From: Moniliella sp. 'wahieum'
Taxonomy: Eukaryota
Assembly (NCBI GenBank): GCA_003971905.1
Contig: RSEE01000024.1
Span: 558,001-622,000 of the forward strand
Direction: 5' to 3'
DNA: 64,000 nucleotides
The position numbers and the translations under genes were made by a program. Below, in pieces: positions 11,970 to 24,383 of this stretch (position 1 is its first letter; each line of letters starts with the position of its first letter). Under the pieces are notes generated by a model. The model made no database searches. It worked only from the letters and a program-made list of their open reading frames with translations, and had not been told where the DNA came from.

Positions 11970-14220
11970 ATGCCTGCTGAGGATCCCAAACCCCAAGACA
12001 CCCACCTTTCCCACCTCCCACAGCCCAACTGCAAGCCCGAGGTCGAGCAGGACTGGGAACTCGTCTTGCTTCCAGAAACGGACCCCGTCGTCGACGTGCC
12101 CCCCCTTTCCCTCTTGGTCCAGGTTGGCAAACCTTTCCATCTCCCTCTGTATACAGCGGTACGCCTCAAGTCGGGTCTGTTTGTCTCCCGCCCTATTCTT
12201 TGGGACGGTGGTATCGACCACACACTTTTTACATCTGGAGAGCATGGATACGCTGGCACCTTGGCCCCGCCCGCGTCGGAGGCGAGGGCGGTGCAGATTA
12301 CTGTCACTGCCTCTGTCACCGACCCGGAAGAAACCGAACTTCCTGATCCTCAGATTCGCATAGTGGGTCTAGCTTCGGTACGCTTGAGGGGAAATGGGCT
12401 GCTGGCACGCACCCAGCGCGCCCGCACTGTCGCCCTGTTGGCCATCGACGTGGACCAGATGTTGTATGCGTTTCGCCTTACCTGCGGACTCGACACCCGC
12501 TCTGCCCCGCCCTTGAAAGGATGGGACTCGATGGATTGCAAGCTCCGCGGGCACACCACGGGGCATGTGCTCTCCGCCTTGGCGGTTGGTTATGCGGCGA
12601 CTGGTGAAGCCGGGCTCCGGCATAAACTCCTGGACCTGGTCCAAGGTCTTGCCCAATGTCAAGACACCTTTTCCCAAACTCCGGGCTACCATCCCGGCTA
12701 TGTTGGTGCCTTTTCCGAGACCGCATTTGACCTGCTGGAGCAGCCAGGCGCAGATTACCCCGCCATCTGGGCGCCATGGTATACCCTCCACAAGCTACTG
12801 GCGGGCCTGCTTGACGCAGTTGAACATGCAGGGGTCGCGGATGCGCTCCCGGTTGCGGTGAGATTGGGAGGGTGGAGTTATACTCGTTTGGCCAAGTTGG
12901 ACCATGGAACACGGCAGCGAATCTTCTCTATTCACATTGCCGGCGAGTTCGGTGGGATGAACGAATCACTTGCCCTGTTGTATGGGTACACGTCGGACGA
13001 CCGGTTCCTCCGTGCAGCCAGTGGTTTAACAAAGACCAGCTTCTCTATCCTCTTGAGCAGGGTGTCGACGCCCTCGCACCCCTGCATGCAAATACACATG
13101 TCCCTCAGATTTTGGGCCTGGTGGAGGAGTACCGCCAAACAGGCAAGGTGCGTCTGAGCACCTCGCACGTCGCTTTTGGGATATTGCCGTGCCCGCCCAC
13201 TGTTACGCGATCGGAGGGATTGGGCAAGAAGAAAGATTCTTCCCGCCCAATGTGATTGCTGCGCAAAGGGGCGAGGAGACGGCAGAGACGTGTGTGTCCT
13301 ACAACATGCTCAAAATGGCCGCTAGGATGGCCCAGTACATGCCCCGGCCCGAATGGGGTGACTTTTATGAACTGGTCACCGTCAACCATACCCTGGCCTC
13401 GGCGGATTTGGGGCGTGCCGCTCGCTAGCGCGCAGGAGCAGGACCTGCGCAAACGGAACCTGACCCGCCCGAAAGCGACAAGACAATTTACTACTTCCCT
13501 ACCCAACCGGGTGGAAAGAAAGAGTTTAACTCCTCCTGGGCCGACAACACCTGCTGCCATGGAACTGGGCTCGAGGTCCACTACCGCTGGGGCGAGGGCG
13601 CCTTCTACCTTTCCCAGCAGGCGCTGCACATTTCTCAATTCACCTCGTGCCACCTCAAAGCCAAGGGGTGGAACTGACAATGGACACAGCCGATGAACAC
13701 CCAGACCAGGTGCGCATATTCGTTGCCCAGCTCGAGCGGGACGAAGTGCACATTCGCGTACCCAATTGGGCGCGGGGGGCCTACGTCACCCTCGACGGGA
13801 TGCCTGTCGCGCTGGACCCTAAACCAGGGAAGGAAGATTTGGTTCTAGGCCGGGTTGCACTCGACCTCGTCGCCCGCTCCGACTGGGTAGGGCCGAGGTG
13901 GCAATCAACTTTGGGATTGGCCTGGGCCTTGTGCGGGCGCCCACCAGCCCGAGTTGGCGGCAGTTAGCTACGGTCCGTATGTGCTGGCGGCGCTATCGTC
14001 AGCCACAACCGATATTTCAGTCCCCATGGAGAAAGCGAGATGGAGAAGGTGCTGACACGGTCCGGATCCAGCTCTGTTGGACCACTGTTCGGGCATCGTC
14101 TTTGTTCCGGTCAATCTGATTTTGGAAGAAAATTACACCTTGTATGTCAACGTCACGTCCCCTCCTCCCCCAAGTGCACAGTGCAGTAAAGGAGCGCGCT
14201 CCCTGGTCAATTCACTGTGA
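11970..14220 (+). CDS. GH127/GH146 (DUF1680) beta-L-arabinofuranosidase-like glycoside hydrolase with N-terminal bacterial Ig-like segment; intronless, several frameshifts
   Basis: Motifs GWDSMDCKLRGHTTGHVLSALA, IWAPWYTLHKLLAGLLD, IAGEFGGMNE, LHANTHVPQILG, TAETCVSYNMLK, NTCCHGTGLE, IRVPNWA and C-terminal FVPVNLILEENYTLY; stop at 14218-14220. Confidence 0.85.
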
Positions 14221-14448
14221 TGTTACCTTGCCCTCAATTCCTATCCATCAACTTCAAGCTACCTTCGGTTCAACTTTTACCGCTTTGAATGTAACATGAT
14301 ACCAGACACCCTACCAGAGCGAAAGTACTAGAAATGATCCGCGTCGGGTAAGCATGTAATAGCGATTCAAAACAAAGTAGTAGGGAGGGAGGTGGCAAAG
14401 GCACGGCTGAAGCGGTAGATGGGCATCTGGTATTTAATGTCGCTCCTC

Positions 14449-15606
14449 TCACAGTGTCTCGTCAGGGTGCGACAGGTCGACCATTGTAGGCCACCTCATA
14501 CACTCGGTGAAAAGCGGGTAATCTTGTGTTCGTCCTCTGGCAGCGAGGAAGAGGTGAATCTCCTTGGCGGTCACGGTGCCCTGCAGCTTCTGGCCATTGA
14601 GCAGCTCCGCTTCCAATTCGTCAAACGACTTGCCTGTCTTGACGAACGCTTCGGCCACCCGACGGTTTCTCCACCGTAGCAGGTGGTAATCAAGTCGGCC
14701 ACGCCAGCCGAGGTCTCGGTAAATGTCTCTGCCTTAACGGCGGAAAAACTCTTGCGAAATTTTTCATTCTCCAGCAACCCAATCCGCATGATGGCCGCCT
14801 TGGCGTTCTCCTCCCCATCCCAGTCCATCCACAAGACCAGCTGCAATGGCCACCACGTTCTTCAGTGCGCCCCCGAGTGAGCACATACACATCCTCCACC
14901 AGCCCACGCGACTTGGGCGTCTCGAACATCTTGTGGAACACCTCAGCCCAAGCCGCTGGCCTTCCCGGTAGCCAATCGTCGTTTCGGAAAACTTGCCACG
15001 GGCAACTTCGAAGCAATATTGGCGCCCGACAGCGCCGAGCACTTGCACCCCAAGTACCCCTCAATCACTCGGCAAACACACGAATGTGTGTCGCTGTACC
15101 TCCACACCTTTGATCATGGAGATGGCATGGGGGGGAAGCAATATGACCCTGGAGCTGCTTGCACAGCCCATCGATAAACTGATGGGGGTGACAAAGATCA
15201 GCAGATTCGCGTCCCGCGCGTCTCGACGGGGTCGGGGCACGCGTAGATGTTGAGGGCAAGCGGACACCGGCAGGTACTTGACGTTCTCTATGGTCCGAGT
15301 TGATAATCTCGGTGAGCTTACGGCCGTTGACCTCCTCCTCGTACACGTACATCCATACCCGGTCTTGGACAGGTGGGGGAACAGGCGTACGTTATCCCCC
15401 ACAATCTTGGCAATAGCGCTGCCCCTGCAGATGGGAGAGGAGACAAGGTAAGAAAAGGCAGGTGCTATCGTCAGCGGGAGTACCGAGGCGGAGGGACGCA
15501 GGCGTAGTGGCTGTGTTCGCTTCGACAAGAGAGGGGTAACGCACCAGTTTCCAGAGCCAATGATGGCGATCTTGAACTGCGTGTTGGCTGGAGGGACGGC
15601 GGCCAT
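14449..15606 (-). CDS. GPD1: NAD-dependent glycerol-3-phosphate dehydrogenase; intron 15425-15544; frameshifts; 3' end approximate
   Basis: [117 protein letters not shown]. Confidence 0.93.
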
Positions 15607-16017
15607 GGTTGTGGCAATAGAGGGCAAGCAGATGGAGAGAGGAAAGAAGGGGAAGGCACAAACGTGCAGGGAGCAGGAGGATACCGCTGAAGGCCGGACA
15701 GGGGAACGCAACGTGTGAGTGTTGTTTCGAGAAGCTCCAGATATACAGAAGTGTAGGCAGTCAGCTGCCGTGCTTTTGGTATAGCCATCGAATATGAATG
15801 TGAATAGCAGTATCGGGCGGTGCGCACTGTGGATGGAGGCACTGGGCCAGCAAGCACTGTGATAAGGTCGGCAGCCACCGCCCATCCCTGCTTCTGTACC
15901 GGATTCCGGCTCGTGCGGGCCCGGCGTCATCGCGTCATCCGAAGACGCGAGGGGGGGCAGCGAAAACGTGGGTTTGCAGGTACAGGGTACGGCCTGGTAC
16001 GGCGCATACCGGGTGCC

Positions 16018-16060
16018 ACACGTCACGCGTCACGCCTTGTCAGCGCTCAGCCTCAGCGCT
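16018..16060. repeat. ACGCGT/AGCGCT palindromic heptamer arrays in the divergent GPD1/omega-amidase promoter
   Basis: ACACGT C ACGCGT C ACGCCT...AGCGCT C AGCCT C AGCGCT. A further ACCGGT-type array lies at about 16335-16363. Confidence 0.8.
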
Positions 16061-16937
16061 GGAGGGCTATCAGTAGGTGTGTGTTGTCCAGAGTCAGTAC
16101 TCGGTCTAGTCAGTACACTCAGTCCGAGTGCTTAGCACCTCTGCGTCCTATCGTGGCGTTGTCGCGTGCGCGTGAACGTACAGCACATGAACATCCGCCT
16201 CGTTTCCAGCCGCCAGCCCGTCGTCAGCACGGCGCGTGAAACCGCCGGCAACGATTATGGGCACCGGTGAGGTCACCGATCAGCATTCCATGCTTGGGCA
16301 GCGCGAGATGCTCCAGCGACGCTGCGCTGGCTCCGGTGACCGGTTAAGCCTTAGGTAACCGGGTACTCCCCTACCCCCCCGGCTCACAGCGGCACCCTCT
16401 TCATTTCGCAGCACCTCCATGTTAAAGCTTAAAGACAAGAGAGCAGGCAGTTGACGGTGTATTGCGTTGCACATGAGCTACAGACGCTGGAGAATATTCC
16501 TACTCTCCAGGAAAGAGTATTGGAAGGAATGAACCGGCAGGTTCCGGGCTGGGGCTACCGACCGTCACTACACAAGTGTGGCGTCACACTCCGGGTGCCT
16601 CACCTCCACCACGGGCTTTGGAAAGCTTTGGATGGAGGCGAGATTGAGACCGGACATGGTGACGTGAGGCCGAAGTGATATCGGCCAAGAGGCCTGCGAA
16701 TCAGGTTGGCTCGCCAGGACATTGATCAGGCCGATCAGGTGGCTCGTTTGCACCGGTGGCGGAAGAGCAACTCCCGCTACTGTTCCGGCCTGCTGCCATT
16801 CCGCCCTGGCCCCTGCGTATGTCCGATCAGGCTTCAAGCCCAGGATGTCGCCGGCAATCGACCCGTCCGCTGCGGCTCGGACTTGCGTCACGCGTCCGGC
16901 CCCGCCCTCTGCGCCACCATACTATCTCCAGTCCAAC

Positions 16938-18029
16938 ATGTCCGCTGGGCCCAAGTTTGTGCTGCACAAGACGGTGCGTCTGGCGCTCGTCCAACTCGGC
17001 AAGACCAGCAGTGTCAAGGCCGCCAACTTGGCCCGCGCCGAGCGGCTGGTGCGCCAGGCCGCCCAGCAGGACGGCGGGGCGGACTTGGTCCTGCTTCCCG
17101 AATGCTTCAACAGCCCCTATGGTGTTTCCCATTTCCCCGCCTACGCCGAGTCCCTGCCGGGGCTGTGGGAGCAGATCAAGTCTCGCCGCGCTTCCACCGA
17201 CTTCTCTCACTGGCCCGTCGACGGCCCCCGGTCAACGTCGACGCGGTCGCCAAGACTTCTGAGAGCGTCAGGGTGCTCTCCAACGTGGCCAAGGAGGCAG
17301 GTATTGTGCTCGTCGCAGGATCTATTCCTGAGCGGGACGACGCCACAGGACGGCTGTACAACACCTGTCTCGTATTCAATGAAAAAGGTCCGTCCCGCGT
17401 CCCCTCCCCCCCAACCCTTACTCGTCCGCTGTAAAGATTTTGCTAACGGGGTTGGTGATATTGTAGGCGAACTCATCTCGATGGAGCGTAAGGTGCACTT
17501 GTTTGACATTGACATTCCGGGCGGCATCACGTTCAAGGAAAGCGAGACATTAACAGCAGGAGATCAGGTCACAGTGTTTGATTGTGCGCTGGGTCGCTTT
17601 GGGGTGGGTATCTGCTACGACATGCGCTTCCCTGAGCTGGCTATGATCGCTGCCCGGCTGGGTGCGGCCGCGATGCTATACCCCGGTGCGTTCAACACCA
17701 CTACCGGGCCACGCCACTGGGAACTGCTTCAGCGTGCACGCGCGGTCGACAACCAGATGTACGTTGCCACTTGCTCCCCTGCCCGTGCGGCCGAGGAGAG
17801 CACGACAGACGAAAGCGGCCATCCGTTGCAGGGCACCAAGGACGGTGCTTATCCAGCATGGGGGCACTCCACCGTTGTCGACCCCTGGGCCGCGGTGATC
17901 AGCACCACTGGGCATGAAGAAGGTATTGTACGCGCCACCCTCGACCCCGAGGTGATTCGCACCGTCCGTAGCTCCATCCCCATCACCACCCAGCGCCGAT
18001 TTGACCTCTACCCCAATGTTGGCGCCTAG
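16938..18029 (+). CDS. NIT3: Nitrilase-superfamily omega-amidase (mammalian NIT2 / yeast Nit3 type); intron 17388-17466; one frameshift near 17230
   Basis: Catalytic E-K-C motifs [34 protein letters not shown] and [11 protein letters not shown]. Also [25 protein letters not shown] and [11 protein letters not shown]. Intron gtccgt...tgctaac...tag. Confidence 0.92.
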   Translation: MSAGPKFVLHKTVRLALVQLGKTSSVKAANLARAERLVRQAAQQDGGADLVLLPECFNSPYGVSHFPAYAESLPGLWEQIKSRRASTDFSHWPVDGPRSTSTRSPRLLRASGCSPTWPRRQVLCSSQDLFLSGTTPQDGCTTPVSYSMKKVRPASPPPQPLLVRCKDFANGVGDIVGELISMERKVHLFDIDIPGGITFKESETLTAGDQVTVFDCALGRFGVGICYDMRFPELAMIAARLGAAAMLYPGAFNTTTGPRHWELLQRARAVDNQMYVATCSPARAAEESTTDESGHPLQGTKDGAYPAWGHSTVVDPWAAVISTTGHEEGIVRATLDPEVIRTVRSSIPITTQRRFDLYPNVGA

Positions 18030-18825
18030 ACTGCACCGGTTTTCGTCCTCCTGTGCGGCTTCACCGTCCGCAAACCTATGCATGGTATACTAAATACTGT
18101 CTGATTCATATCGTTAGCAGACCTTTCTGAGCAAGGACAGAAGCAAATTTCCGCGCACACCAACAGGCTGACTCATTCACGCTTGCAGGAGCTCGTTCCC
18201 GATATTGAAAGGTAAATGGTGTGGCCAGTCTGTTAGAGGGCCTCCCAACTCCCACCACTCGTCTTCAACTTGGATGGAGCCCGAGTGCATGCCGATGAAC
18301 ACCATATCATTTCGAGTGTCGTTAAAGGCTATCGTTAAATACGTGCATGTTGCTTACTATCTGCAAGACGGAGGGAAGCGACGACGACTAGTCGTGTTGA
18401 ACAATTTCCGTCACATCGGAGGAGTCTCTCCAAAGGTTTATGTAAAAAGAGTCCGGGGCGAATCGAGGGGTTCAAGATGGCACGGTTACATCTATTATAG
18501 CCAGCAGTCGCCGTGTTGGCTCATGACTGCATGACGGACAGGTCTCCATCAGATTGCCCCGACTGACTGAGGGGGCCATATATTACGGAACTGATTACGA
18601 AAGAACAGAGGTGCCCAAAGTGTCTCTAGGTTGCGGAAGCGATGTCGGTCGTGCAGTGAAGACAAAATAGAAGGGTGGGGTGCGAACACAGGCGCACAAA
18701 TGATCGAAATGATGGAAGGCACAGTTACAAGGACCGTGGGCGATTGCTTAGCTCCAGCACCGCAGAGGGTTGTATGTTGTGTAGGAAAGCTAGTATGTCT
18801 CCACACGGAGTTACTGACGGTACTG

Positions 18826-21800
18826 ACGCGTGACGCGTGACGCGGTACAAAGGCACCTGCGACATGTATGAAGAGACTCCCAATCAATCGAAAGCGATGA
18901 GGTACTGACTGGAGTATACTCACCTAGTAAATGGTAACGGGTTACCGATATCGCTGCACATGGCACAACGAGCAAATTACTAGTGGGAAGCTCCTCAAAA
19001 CACCGATGATGCAGCTGATGCGGGGGTAGGAAACAAAGGGCATGCATAGGCTCGAAGAGCAGGAATGACCGCGTCATGTCATGCGTTATTACGACAGGAC
19101 TGCTCGGGTATGTCTTGCATTGCTTCAACAGCCGACTATATAGCTACTGTTGTAATATAAGGTTGAACGTTGTAAGGTTGTGGAACGTCGTAGTACGTAC
19201 TCCCGCCTTCGGCCATGCATCGATATAACCGCTAACAAGCGCTTAGCGCCGCTTGCGCTAACCCTTCCTATGTTGCTTTTGGGGATGCGGTGGGGAAGCC
19301 ATGGGGGAACCAGGGCCTTGTGTTCAACAACAGCGCTGATAGTATCGTTCCCCATGCAAGAGACGCAAAGCAACGTCTCCCCTCTCCGCAAGCGAGAACG
19401 AGTACACCCTATATCCTATTGCGCACTTCAATGCACCCCACAGTACTACAGAAGAGACACACGTACCTGCGGGGCCCCAGTTGCCCTGAAAAAGGTGTAT
19501 GCTCCGTTTTATCGGTTGTATAGTAAACAGGAGACACAATTGTCTCTGTGACTCGATCGACGAAAGAAAGCGGGAATGCTTCGCGCGCTCAGCTTCTCAG
19601 GCTGTGTGAGCTGTGAGCGACTCAGCATGCTCAGGCTCATCAGCGCTCAGCCGCTCAGCGTACCATGTGCAATCAAGCATTGTCTCGGACCTAGCTACCA
19701 AGGCTGGCGATAGGCAAAGGGCGATAGGCAACGAAGATTGTGTTGCAGAGCAAGGAGAGCTACAGACATATTATAGGCCGTGATGAGTTCTTTTCCGCGG
19801 AGGCGAAAGCCAATGGAAGTCCGTGGAAAGGTCCCCAGGGCGCGTTTCATCGACGCACCGCGCTGAGTGTCGGGCCATGTGTCCCTGATGGGCTCTTCTG
19901 GACCAGATAGTTAAAACAAGCATCATTCGTGAACTGTGGACTGGGGTATTACATGTGATGCATGATGCAGATGCGAGTAGAGACTCCCAAGTAGTGTGCG
20001 CTATAGCTGTCATCCATTGGGTTGATCGAGATTGAAAACAAGACGTTGAAGCCTGGTGCATGCAGCAACCGGTCAGTCAGAACAACAACGCGCCAATATA
20101 GTTAACACTACGCCAATCGCCGCAGCGTACCTTTCCTCTTTGTGTGATGATCGTCTTCAAAAACGCCATCGAGTCATCTCCACATTCAATATTCAACCCT
20201 GTTCCTTCAATGCGTTGGCGGCAACATGTGATCGATTTTGTCGTGACTGTCACAGGCCTCTCAGATAACTGGTGCAATAGGCAATGAGGGTATTGCAGAG
20301 AAAGGAACGCTAACGCTGTGTAGAGTTCCGAAGCGGCCAGTCCGCGCAAGGTCCGGAACGCGCTGCCCCGATACACTGTGTGTGCCGGGCTGTCGGGGCC
20401 AAGTGTCGCTGAGGCTCTGGACCACTGGTGATCATCGATCATTGAAGTTACATTCGGCACTGATCGTCTCCAAATTGGATGCAGCAGGATGGAGCAGGAT
20501 ATAGTAGCGCGAGGCTGGATGTGGTGCGATCGGCATCACCCCTGGTATCCACCCCTATAATAGACGCTATACCCCCGGCTACATTGAAAGGGCACTACCC
20601 TTCTCTTATGGTCTCCTGTACCTCTCCTTAGAACAACATCCTCCATTCACATCATCGCAGGCCCTCAGTGAGCCCCTGAGGCCAGGGCCTCGCATCGCCT
20701 CACATCTCACAGATCCATAAGATGAGCATCGGTGCTCAGAAATTACTCTCACGACGTCATTAATCATTTTAATCATCATTGCCAGGGGGTACCACTCAGG
20801 TACTCATGGTTCCTCTCTGGTATTGCCAGGGGGTTATCCGCGGCTATACACGCACGTCGTCAATGATCCTCTTCAGGCCCCGGCATTGATCCTCTTCAGG
20901 CCCTGAGGCCTCAGGGCCTCAGGGTAGAAGGAGCGCTCCCCGCGTTTTGAACGTTTAGCGCTTAGCATTAAACATTTAACGTCGTACTTGGGTGCTTTCT
21001 ACTAGTGTGCTCTATGCACAGAAAAATATGTCAGGAAAACATATGCGTCTCCCGTCTTTTCAACAACACCTTCCAGTGCCAAGCCCTAGAGAAGGCTTTT
21101 GGGGATCGAAGTGCCACCGCTTGGCATCCAGAGTCCACCCGCCCTAATATAAGAAGCTTTCAATTCACGCCATACGACGGCACTTTCGGGCCTGTTCTGG
21201 AAACGTGCGAGAAGGAGCTGCATCGTTCTGCATCGCCATGTTGGTCAGAACTATTCTTACAGAGGAACAGTTTAGATCGGGTGATTTTTTTGGACTTTTG
21301 CCACCGGTGGTCCCCTACCGACCCCGGACCTCTATACAGCTCTACCTGACTACATGTGGCCTGCCACCTCCTGTGTGCAACGCGTCGAGCATCCTGAGGG
21401 GCCCTGAGGCCTGAGTCTCAGGCCTGACCCTGTCCGACTGACCTCTCTGCGGCGCTTCAGGTCGTCTCGTCTCCTGGCCGATCTGACCTCGGGGATTGTA
21501 TGCGACGCCTCCACATCGGTGTACCGAACTGTTTTCCGTGGCAAAGGCAAACAGGAGTGCGCCCCAAACCAAGCCAAGCTCGCATGTGATGAATGATTTC
21601 ACACGTCACACGTCACACGTCACACGTCATCAATTGGTCGCGTGAGTCGCGTGAGTGGCTGAACGTTGGCTGAACGTTGAAATGTTGAACTCTCGAGGGC
21701 GGCAATTCGATCCCCACCCAAAAGGCAAAACAGGCATGGGGGCACTTGCGGGCATTGCGGGCGTTGCGGATGTCGCGGATGTTGCGGCGGGAACTAGCAC

Positions 21801-23612
21801 GAGTGGGACAGGGTGAGTCTCCGGGTCTCAAGAGGCGGCGCCGGTGATGTGGTCAGTTCCGCTGGTGAAACAGGCATAACACCGCTGCGGGGCAGCAGTA
21901 GAGCTAGTAGAGCGTTACAAGTCTCTCCGCTTAGACTGACACACATGTGAGCGCCTCAGCGCCTCAAGGTTTCACCACCTCAGGAGTCACTATTTCCAGC
22001 CACTAGCCACATGTCACATGCCGCGTGTCACATGTCACATGCCACATGCCACATGCCATGTTCAACGCTAGAGCTCTGGAGTACCTAGTTGAACTTGATA
22101 CGTTGAAGATCTGAGGATCTGAGCGCTGAGCGATCGATCAGCAACTAGATTTGGAATTCATATCGATCATCGACATCATACAACTGCATCAATGAGCATC
22201 GATCACACATCATGCATCATCCATCATGCGTCATACCATGCGCCATGCACCATGTATCATGCACCATTCACTTGTGCACCCTATCTCTTACCTCCACCGC
22301 TCCACTATGGTGCTGTGGACCTGGGGAGAGGGATCGTGGGAAAAGCCTGGGGTTGTTGTAGTGGCAACACCCTTTGTGAGCGAGACCGGCCCCGAGCAGA
22401 TCGCGCTGCCTGGCTGGATCTCAAGATCTCAGGGCCCAGGATCATAGAGGTGCGGAGGGGCGCCATCTCCACCTTGCTTGGCGCCTGCGTTCCTAATGGG
22501 GTCTCGTTAATCATTCCCCCAAGTATGGCGTTCGCACAAGGTACAGCCAGTGCCACATCCCGCGTGTGAAGCACGCACGATGCGTGTCAATAACCACTGC
22601 TCACTAGCACTTGCGGTCAACAAGTGAACTAGTAGTGATGCAAATGATCGATGATCGATGATGCCGTGCAACAGAGGTGGGGTTGGACATTGGCCCCTGT
22701 TGCAGCAGAGCAAATCAGTGGTCATCCGGTCATAGACCACAAATGTATCGCACACGGATGTTTCTGCTGCAACGGAGCGGGGCGCGTTCTGTGCGCATTG
22801 CACTACATGAGGGAGTGACTAGTGGGGCACCGTTACCGGGTTGCCTGGAGTGCGTTTTGTGGTTGATGCGTTTTGGTAGGGGTTGGGGCCTGGGAGTACT
22901 GAGAACTGGATTCGAATCCTGGATGATCAATGATCAACGATGAACGTTTAACGTTTAACGTTTAACGAGTAGGAGTACTTGGTATTGGGGTAAAAAGGCC
23001 TAAAAGGAGCATACAAGACAGAGGGAATATACATCGTACGCTATCGTATACTGAGAGGCGACCAGTGACGTGTAATGGGTGACGGATTATGCTCGGCTGT
23101 GTGGGCGGGAGTGTCGGCAATAATGTGGCCGTGCCGGAGCCGCATTGCGCCGTGCCCGGTTCCACCTTGTTCCACCCCGCTAGCAGGCGGCTCTTGAGGC
23201 TGTGTCGGTGGGGCTGGGCCAGCCACACGCCACCCAGCCCAGGCTCGCGCAGAGTCCTGAGGCCTGACCGGCCTGACGAGAAGGGGGGATGGGCGGGCAT
23301 GCCATAGGGCTGGGGGTGGATCTCCCGGTTCGATCCTGCTCGATTGTCAACTACGTACCGGCGGACATGTCTCACTCTACTTTTTTCGACTGGGGGTGTG
23401 GGGAGAGCAGAGCGCCAGGGCGCTGTTGCAGTGCCGCCGCAGGAGGCTGCCCGCAAAATCATCCGCCGTTGGGTTTTTTTGCGGACTGTGCAACGTGCAT
23501 TTGTGTCATCACCGCATTGCCACGACGGCCTGTGACCAGCTTGATGCGGGGCTCTCTATAGAAGGCGCGCTGAGCTCAGCGGCTGAGCGCTGACAGGCGC
23601 TGACGCGCTGAC
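18826..23612. repeat. Dense field of 7-bp-period palindromic hexamer arrays in the gene-free interval upstream of STL1
   Basis: Examples: (ACGCGT-G)n 18826; ACATGT-G-ATGCAT 19951; AACGTT-T-AGCGCT 20950; (ACACGT-C)4 21601; (ACATGY-C)n 22009; (ATGCAY-C)n 22198-22271; (ATCGAT-G)2 near 22646; (AACGTT-T)3 22943. Confidence 0.85.
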
Positions 23613-24383
23613 GGGCCCCACGCTGCTCGCGCACAAGTCCGTTTCCCCGCTCGGGGGCGGTGTTCGATGTCGCATACCGCCGGCAACAACGTGCGATGAT
23701 GAGGTGACCAGTGATATTGGATCGCTGGGACTCTTCCGCGCTTTAGCCCGGCCTCCTCCCGCGCACATCTTGCATCACGCTTTGAAGGGTGGGAGCGCGA
23801 CTAGACTGGCGCGCTGCGCTTCGCGCCGACCGCCGGTGATGGGGGAGTGTCACATCTGCGAGACAAGTCAGCTCGCTCCGCTCGGCTGCTTGGTTGCGGG
23901 ACCGGCAGGGGGGAGTCGTGGGACTTGCAAGCTGAAGCGGGAGGCTTGAGGGGGCGCATGCGGGGGCGGCTTACCGGTCACCAGTCGGCGGGAGCACCGA
24001 GCGGGGGTGCAGCCACTGGCCGGCTCTTGCCGGCGCCCCCGCTCTCCCTGCACGGGGCCGCGCGGGAATAATGGTGGCGGGCCCGGCTGCAGAGCCGGCA
24101 GGCGCGCTGGTGCCGGGCGCAGGGGCAGTGTCCGCCCCGGTTGCTCTTCGCCTCGCCGGCGCGCTGCTTCTCGGGGGCGGCTAGCACGCGTGTGGTAGCC
24201 GCCGCCCCCCGTCCGCACTGGCCCAGTCCTTGCCTCGCCCCTCCGGCCACCCCGCGCGCTTCGTCCTGTTCCTCCCGTTCCTCTCGTTCCTATGGCCCCT
24301 CTGCCCAAACGTGTATATATATCACCGCATTCGTCCGGGCCGTTCCCTCGTCTTCCATCTCCCCTCTCCACACCTTTCCCATC

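Noticed and set aside
16722..18029. Single 435-aa uninterrupted nitrilase ORF
   Set aside because: It reads through a canonical 79-nt intron only because an upstream indel shifts the frame. The conserved VAGSIPE...LYNT block is in another frame, and the likely start is 16938.
18826..23612. CRISPR array or bacterial restriction-site/polylinker contamination
   Set aside because: No constant 25-45 bp repeat with unique spacers and no cas genes. The palindromes match enzyme sites but are degenerate, tandem and scattered through fungal intergenic DNA, unlike a vector polylinker.
18030..24383. Transposable element in the long intergenic region
   Set aside because: No transposase, reverse transcriptase, integrase, LTR or terminal inverted repeat could be recognised by eye.
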